Below the pieces are notes generated by a model, which saw only the letters and a list, made by a program, of their open reading frames with translations, was not told the origin of the DNA and searched no databases. A DNA stretch of 64,000 nucleotides, from assembly GCA_951406725.2 (NCBI GenBank), contig OX597838.1, forward strand, positions 1,364,001 through 1,428,000. Direction: 5' to 3'. Numbering within the stretch: position 1 is the stretch's first letter; every line of letters begins with the position of its first letter. A program made the translations under genes and the position numbers. Positions 54,231 to 64,000 of this stretch are shown here, piece by piece. This DNA comes from Octopus vulgaris (taxonomy: Eukaryota).

Positions 54231-54265
<35 letters not shown>

Positions 54266-54699
54266 GAGAGAGAAAGAGAGAAAGAGGAGAAAGAGAGATG
54301 CATAAAGAAGGCAAGGAATAGTGTTTTTAGGATGATGGCGCAGTCCTTGGAGTGAGTGTTTAGACGTGGCTTTTCATGTAATTTGGAAAGTGCGTGGCTT
54401 AGTGGTTAAGGTGTCCGCTCACGATCGTATGTTTGTGAGTTCGATTTTCCGGCGGTGCTTTGTGTCCTTGAGCAAGATTCTTTAGTTCTCGTTGCTGCAG
54501 TCCACTCAACGGGCAACCACATTGTTGTCAGTTGAGTCGAGTCGGTCTTCCATTTTTAGTTTTGTGTTGTGTGAACCATGTTGATTTTTGTTTAATTAGA
54601 GTTTGTTGTAGATTAGAGGTCCTGGGAAGGGCATGTCGAATTTATATTTGAGTTCTGTTCGCGCATTACTGTTGTCTTCCCTCTCCAATCAGTGTTTTA

Positions 54700-55790
<1,091 letters not shown>

Positions 55791-55825
55791 GTAAGACCTC
55801 TCTTACGTTCTCTGTTGTGATGTGA

Positions 55826-56465
55826 AGGTGCATGGCTCAGTGGTTTGAGCGTCGGGCTCACGGTCATGAGGTAGTGAATTCAATTCCCGGACCGGGTCGT
55901 GGGTTGTGTTCTTGAGTAAGATACTTTATTTCATGTTGCTCCAGTTCACTCAGCTGTAGAAATGAGTTGTTAGTTAGTTAGTTAATTTTTTGGCTCAAAA
56001 AGCAAAAAGCAAGGCCATGTAGGGGGACATGGAGTTATGTACAGGGTGGTGTTCATGTAAAGAGTTCAGGCCACTTGAGGTCAAGGGAGACTTTGAACCG
56101 AGCGGTCGTTGGCATCTTCACCATCTCGTCTGGCAGCTTATTCCACGGATCCACAACCTGGACGGAGAAAGCCCCTCTCCTTCGATTGAGATGAAATCGT
56201 CGCAGATAGAGCTTTTCGGAATGACTCCGCAGCCGACGCTCTGGAGCAGGAGTGAAGAACAGCTCTTTCGAGAGGTTACACGTTCCGCTTATGATGTTGT
56301 GAGCAAGAATGAGATCTCCACGGTGACATCACTGGTGCCAAGCTGTATCAGCTTTTGCCTTTCCCTTGGATAACATCGGTGGCTGATGGTCTTCCACAAA
56401 CAAGCTTACCCGTGCCTCGGAAGGGAACTTTCTAGGTGCAATCCCATGGTCATGACCGAAGTGGT
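55826..56465 (+). mobile_element. SINE C-related element interrupted by a CR1 insertion
   Basis: tRNA-like head tggctcagtggtt..aattcaattccc, core to aaatgagttg at 55969, apparently resuming at tgacatcactggtgccaagc (56324). Confidence 0.7.
55970..56323 (-). mobile_element. Young 5'-truncated CR1 LINE with (TAAC)n tail
   Basis: Uninterrupted 90-codon frame 56322-56053: RGDLILAHNII..RLRSHSEKL..AFSVQVVDPWNKLPDEMV..FKVSLD..*; short 3' UTR and (TAAC)4. Confidence 0.9.
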
Positions 56466-57193
56466 GGTGGGGTTTTCCCCCTTTTTCTCTGTTGTGATTA
56501 TGGTCCGTTGAATTTGCTCTAAGCATAATTGTTTACAGTCATAAATGCGGATAAAATATTATTTCCCTACTATTTGGGACAATAGTTTAGTATTTGTGCA
56601 AGATTTGGTCCTAGTACACTTTTGAAGGCCGAGCACAGGATTGCTCGTTGGTTCCATTTATTGTTCTCGTCAATGATTGTCGCCTCATTGCTATTGTAGT
56701 TGTAACTGTTGTTGGTATTATTTTGCTGTTATTGTTGCTGTGGTCGTTTTGTTGGTATTGTTGCTGTCCCTGTTCTGCCGTGATTGTTGTTACTATAGCT
56801 GTTGCTGGTGTTTCCGTTGTTGCTGTTGCTGTTGACGTCGACGGCGACGTTGTTGTTGTCGTTATTGTTTTATTGCTGCTCATGTTTTTCTCTAATCCTG
56901 ACATTTTATGTTAGTCTGACAAACTTTCTCATCATGAAATATTCATTTTGTCAAGCTGCATTCTTAACAGCGCCACCTGGCGTATTGTAAACCAGGTGAG
57001 TGTCAGAGTGAGAGGTATTAAGTGATATATAAGAGAAATGTTTCCAACAGGCAAATCATCCTTTCTAAATCTTGATTGACAGATTTGGCTTCTAATTCCT
57101 CTGTAATCAACTTTACCCTATCATCTCTCAGAGCTTGTTAAAATAAATACCAGTCATACGCTGATGTTGTTCTGTGTATCAGAAGAAAGGGAG

Positions 57194-57470
57194 TACAGTA
57201 ATCTCTTGCCATATCGCGGTTCACCTGTCGCGGTTTATTATTTAAGCTTACGTCGGTTCCTCCGTGGTGTTGTTTTGCATTTGTAATAAAATAAATATAT
57301 ACAAATTAAGCGTAGGAGTGGCTGTGTGGTAAGTTGCTTGCTTACAAGCCACATGGTTCCGGGTTCAGTCCCACTGCGTGGCACCTTGGGCAAATGCCTT
57401 CTACTATAGCCTCGGGCCGACCAAAGCCTTGTGAGTAGATTTGGTAGATGGAAACTGAAAGAAGCCCGTC

Positions 57471-57511
<41 letters not shown>

Positions 57512-57840
57512 AATATGTTTGTGTGTCTGTGTTTGTCCCCCCCAACATCTCTTGACAACCGATGCTGATGTGTTTACGTCCCCGTAACTTAGCGGTTCGG
57601 TAAAAGGAGCCCGATAGAATAAGTACTAGGCTTACAATGAATAAGTCCCGGGATCGATTTGCTCGACTAAAGGCGGTGCTCTAGCATGGCCGCAGTCAAA
57701 TGACTGAAACAAGTAAAAGAGTAAATTATAAAAACTATAAAAAAATATACAGTATTGTTTCTACCTCGCGGATTTTCACTTATCGCGGGGCAGCGGGGTG
57801 GTTAGAACGTAACACCCGCGATAGTCGAGGGATTACTGTA
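57194..57840. mobile_element. Tigger/pogo-like MITE with a nested SINE A (57310-57724)
   Basis: TA-flanked TIRs tacagtaatctcttg / cgagggattactgta. Confidence 0.8.
57310..57724 (+). mobile_element. SINE family A, full length
   Basis: Closely similar to 2359-2768. Confidence 0.9.
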
Positions 57841-58467
57841 TTATTATATCTCTCTGTATGTAGTTCTTTTGTGTTCAGTTCCACCATTTCCTATTGTGAC
57901 ATCATTGATGTTCTTCATGGAAATATTCCACCAAAATTCCTCGCTTCAAACGTTCTATCTTCATATCTTTGTCAGCTTTTATCTCTCCACCAGAATTCTT
58001 CGTACTGCGAAGTCTTATACTTATCATAGTTACAGCATAACTCTATCTGCACACACGCATACAGGATTTTGCCACCAAGTGACGCAAAGATAGCATTTTG
58101 CCGCCAAATGCAAAGAAGTTGAGATGGAAGTGGCCGTTATCACGTTGGTGGCGAGAAGAAGATAGCTGTTAAAATACCATACACACACAGCTATACATTT
58201 ATATATACATATATGTATTACATAGATAATACATACATAAATATGTGTGTAGGTGTATGGATGTACGCATATAGGAACATACATGTGTATGTGTATATGT
58301 GTGTCTGTGTGTATTAATTGTTTTCTTTCTCTTCCAGCCGTTTTTACTGAAATGCCCCTTTTAACCTTATAAATCAGGAAGTGAAATAGTTTCTTCTCAT
58401 TATCTGTATTAATGCTCACAGCGTAACTGCTTACTTTATATGCCCTGCTTGATGTGTGTGTGTGTGC

Positions 58468-58536
<69 letters not shown>

Positions 58537-58870
58537 CCTCAAGGACTATTACAGAATCCTTTGAGAAACACTTCTACATTAATGTGACACATTTGAAAAT
58601 TAAGGGAGTAAAAGGACGGCAAATATTAATACAGCCATAGCAAAGAATCTCCTCCCCCCTCCTCCTCCTTCTTCCAATTCTTCTTCTTCTTCTTCTTCTT
58701 CTTCTTCTTCTTCTTCTTCTTCTTCTTCTTCTTCTTCTTCTTCTTCTTCTTCTCCTCCTCCTCCTCTTCCTAACTATTAAGCCATGCCTGCGCCTATTAC
58801 ACATATGCACCTATTATATATATGTATATGTATATATTTGTATATATATATATATGTATATATGTATTTG

Positions 58871-58902
<32 letters not shown>

Positions 58903-58959
58903 ATTTATATATATATATATATGAAAAGGGAAATGCTACAGAAACTTTGTAGCGATGGC

Positions 58960-58999
<40 letters not shown>

Positions 59000-59297
59000 G
59001 GAAGGAAAGATGTGTGAAAGTACGCGACAAAAAGCGCAAGAGTGTGTTATGTGTGCGCGCGTGCGTATTTCTCTATTTCTTATCTGCCTATATAAATATA
59101 TATGCACATACACGCACACACACACACACTTGCACGCGCACACACAAACACACTTATACACACACGCTTACACGCGTGCGCACACACACATACCAGCGCA
59201 CAAATACGTGCCTATCACTCAGTAATCTCTCTCACATTATTGAGTTGTGGGAAAACAATCAGCTGATCTATTATAGAGGATCTCTTCTATAGCTCAC

Positions 59298-59365
<68 letters not shown>

Positions 59366-59863
59366 TACGTACATACACACACACATATATATACGTAAAC
59401 AGATATTTAGACATATACATGCAACAATATGTATGTATGAAATGTTTGGATCTCTGTTTATTTCGACGATGATGAGCGTTGAGTCTTTCGAGCAACTGAA
59501 TCCCATTTATGTTGAATTACTGTTCAAGTAGCTGGGTGAGTATTCCATGGACACACGTACCCGTAACGAAATTCTCAGTAAGAGTCAGTGTGACACAGTG
59601 TTTCAAGGCTGTCCTTCTCAATTACAGTTACCATCCTTTACAGGGGGCTTCTGCATAGTTTCCGTTTTCCTGATTCTGTTGCAAAATCATGGGTCGAATC
59701 GACGATTTAGTAAAATACGTTTGCCTGGGATGAAATGGTAGCGATTCTAGGGTTTCGCGGTTACCTTGGAAACCCCTCTTTTTGATTATCGAGGCATCGT
59801 GCCCCCCCCCCCCAAATGTATTCATATATACACAATATCTGTATATAGATATTTATATGTATA

Positions 59864-59910
<47 letters not shown>

Positions 59911-59917
59911 CATATGC

Positions 59918-60005
<88 letters not shown>

Positions 60006-60102
60006 GTGCGTGTATAAATGTATATCTACCTCCCAAAAAGAAAAGCTCTACTTTGTATTTTGTCCCCCCTGTGTTCAGCCCTGTGTGGCCAATAAAGAAA
60101 CA

Positions 60103-60379
<277 letters not shown>

Positions 60380-61258
60380 GTCTATCTATCTGTCTGTCTA
60401 CCAGTTTGTCTATCTGTCAATCTGCCTCTCTCTCTCTCCCCCTTCCCCCCTCTCTCTACTTGCCTATGGGTACGGGTAAGTACATACGAGGGCGTGTGCA
60501 TTGTGAATATGTTTGAGCTTTGTTACTTTATCATTCAATCATTTTTTTAAATATTTATTTGCTGTTTTTCTATTAATATTTGTTTCTTTTCTCTTTATTT
60601 TATTTCGTTACTTTTTATATTTCTTACTGGAGGTGGCAGTGTTTGATCATTATTATATTATTCAGCATGCTGTCTACGTTCTAAGTTCTAACCCTACACG
60701 GATCAGATCCACCCTTCATGCTTTTGTACCATTCAAGCTCTGGGGTAGATGCAAATCGCAAAATTTCTGATCTTGACCCAATAACAGAAACCATTCTCTT
60801 TCTGTTTTCTTTTTTTTTTTTAATATATAAACTGTCCGGATTGTTGATATACGCGACATCTAATCCAGATAATTTCTCATTGATTCTGTGGTGTGTTATC
60901 GACCACACATATTCAATATATATTCACTTTTCTTGTTCACTGGTTTGCTGCGGTTTAGCGCGGTGGGGATGTCTCACCTGCATATGGCTTTCAGGTGTTT
61001 CGTCATCTGGCGCTTTGAGGGAGTCATCCACTCCGCGCCCTCCACCGCAGTCTACCGACCAACAAGAAGATCGCGCCGAACATTATCGAGCATTTGTCTG
61101 GTCGATGATGTTTACAACACTAGCGCTGCTCTAATTCATATTTGAATACATACATACATGCATACATACATACATACGTATGTATGTATGTATGTATGTA
61201 TGTATGTATGTATGTATGTATGTATGTATGTATGTATGTATGTATGTATGTATGTATG

Positions 61259-61296
<38 letters not shown>

Positions 61297-61399
61297 ATAT
61301 ATATATATATAAATCCTTCTTTCTTTCTTTTCCTGAGCGTCCAATAACACTATACTTGTTCCACGTCCTCGCGTTGTTCTGTTTTCTCTTTGTGCTTTC

Positions 61400-61485
<86 letters not shown>

Positions 61486-61621
61486 GTAAATATACCTGAT
61501 TATTTATGCACGCACACGTGTACACATTTATACATTTCAACTCATTCCACTGATACTAATATATACGAACAAACGTGCAGAAACAGGTAAAAGCCACACT
61601 CGCAATTGCGCGCCAAAATCC

Positions 61622-61657
<36 letters not shown>

Positions 61658-61770
61658 ACGCCTTTATCTTTCCTATTCTAACCTTGTGTCTCTCTTTCTT
61701 ACTCTGTGTCTCTTTCACCTTAGCACCATCTCTTACTCTCTCTCTCTCTCTCTCTCTATCTATTTATCTA

Positions 61771-61846
<76 letters not shown>

Positions 61847-62994
61847 CATCTATCTATCACTATTTCTTTTCTCCCCTCTTTCTCTCTCTCTCCCTTTCTT
61901 TCTCTTTCTGTCTCTTATTATTTCTTTTCTCCCCTCCTCTCTCTCTACGCTTACTTCTTCTTTCCACTTCCTTTCATCACCGATACATTCTCTCTTACTC
62001 TCTTTGCTCCCTTCTTTCTTCCTCTTTTTCTCTTTATCTCCTTTTCTTTTGTCGGTCTTCTCTCTCACGCATACTCACCTGTACACACACACGCACACAC
62101 ACACATCCCACGCATACCTGGATACCAACAAACATAGAGTCGCCCCCACATACAAACAGACGTCATGGATACCCAGCCAGCCACCCACAAATACTCTTAT
62201 ATACACTAATAGACATAACATTTACATGTGTTTACCACAACACACACACACACACCCACCCACCCACGTACACACTTCTACAGGCGAATATTCTATCCCA
62301 CACATTTATACACCCACTCAACGCCCTCACACGTCCTCCAATCCTTACACACATACACCGTTACACATATTAAAGACAACACAAATGCACAGACCTACAA
62401 CTCATTCACAAATTCGCTGACGTACTACATACATTCTCTGCTAAAGCGAGAATTTACGTTCTTGATCAAATATACCCACCTACACTCCTTCCCATACACA
62501 CAAACGCACGTATACGCAAATGAACTTGACATACATACATACATACATACATACATACACACACACATACATACATACATACATATACACATACATACAC
62601 ACACACACATATATATACATACACCAATAGATTCATACATATACAATCACACACAAGAACGCACACACACACACACATACACAGACACACACAAGATGTC
62701 TCGTTGGTTTGAAAATGTATATACGCTGCAAATATTTGCTATTGTGTTCATCTGACCTTCTGTTAACATAATGCAAAACATTTCTTTTATATATATACCG
62801 TTTAAGCTGCTTGATATATGCACAACAATCTATCAAAACCACTTGCGTCTTTTTTTACCGTGCGTGCGTGTGTATGTATGTATGTATGTATGTATGTATG
62901 TATGTATGTATGTATGTATGTATGTATGTATGTATGTATGTATGTATGTATGTATGTATGTGTATATGAATATATATACATATACATACGTACA

Positions 62995-63195
62995 TACAGG
63001 GTGGCCCGAAAGTAGGCTTACAGTTATCATGCAGCCACTTTAAACTTCTTTTAAAACATTTTATTACATTTAAATTTCTATCTTGTAATCAACTAACTTA
63101 GCATAGAACAATGATTTCATATTTTTTTATAATTAAGATCTAAACTGTTAATATATGAATAAGAAAGAGATAGGTGAACGACTGTAAACCTACTT
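62995..63195. mobile_element. Tc1/mariner-type MITE, one TIR truncated
   Basis: tacagggtggcccgaaagtaggcttacagtt ... actgtaaacctactt. Confidence 0.65.
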
Positions 63196-63420
63196 ATAGA
63201 TTATGAGAGATAATGGTGTCGTGAAGACCCAAATGTGTCAGGTAATATTAAGTGCTACGGACAGACTATAGTTAAGCTCTAGGTTCGGTGTTTATGCGAA
63301 TGAGGAGTCACACGTAGGTCATACATCAGCATGCATATCTATAAAAAAAATTAACAGAATGATATAAAAATGCGAATGAGATAAAAAGGCTGTGAAAGAT
63401 TTCAGAACAATACATATATT

Positions 63421-63451
<31 letters not shown>

Positions 63452-64000
63452 GTATGCATGTATGTATGTATGTATGTATGTATGTATGTATGTATGTATG
63501 TACGTACGTATGTATGTATGTATGTATGTATATATATACATACATACATACATATATATATATATATACATATATACATATATATACATACATACATATA
63601 TACATACATATATATATATACATATATATATATACATATATATACATACATACACACATATTTATATATATGCACACACATATATACATATATATATACT
63701 TAAATACATATATGTATGCATATTTATATATATATACACACACACATATATATATAAATACATATGTATATACATATATACATATTCATATATATGAAAG
63801 TGAAGATAGAATAGAAGTGGGACAAAGTGTTGTTTATGGCATCAAAGCATAAGTCACACCAAAATAAATAATAATTACTCGGATAGCAAGGAGGCAGTCC
63901 ATAGTAAACCTTCATATGGAGGTAGATATCCAGAGATTTCATATGCGAAAATATAACTGAGGAGAAAGATGAAAATTCAAAGTAGTCCTTTACAACTGTT

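Overview
AT-rich, microsatellite-saturated eukaryotic intergenic or intronic DNA. The repeat families and (AT)/(AC)/(ATAC)/(AAT) density suggest an octopus or other coleoid cephalopod; this is my inference, not a database result. I can support no intact host protein-coding gene, and most ORFs in the supplied track are translations of simple repeats. The window is a layered record of transposon insertions. DNA elements: a Helitron PIF1 helicase remnant, Tc1/mariner copies and MITEs (one a head-to-head foldback nested in another mariner at a duplicated TA), and a hAT (SPIN/GTF2IRD2-like) remnant. Retroelements: LINE fragments of CR1-like, Tx1/L1, RTE and R4/Dong-type clades, Penelope-like (Naiad-type) fragments, and three tRNA-derived SINE families plus a fourth SINE-like family. 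The most interesting signals are non-coding: minimal Penelope-type hammerhead ribozymes (24257-24298 carries a compensatory U3-A8 core), an HDV-like ribozyme candidate at a probable retroelement 5' end (30067-30122), a 180-nt multi-hairpin module (24937-25116), a candidate minus-strand non-coding exon beside a CpG-dense 18-bp minisatellite, and many inverted repeats that could form ADAR substrates. All motif and fold assignments were made by eye.
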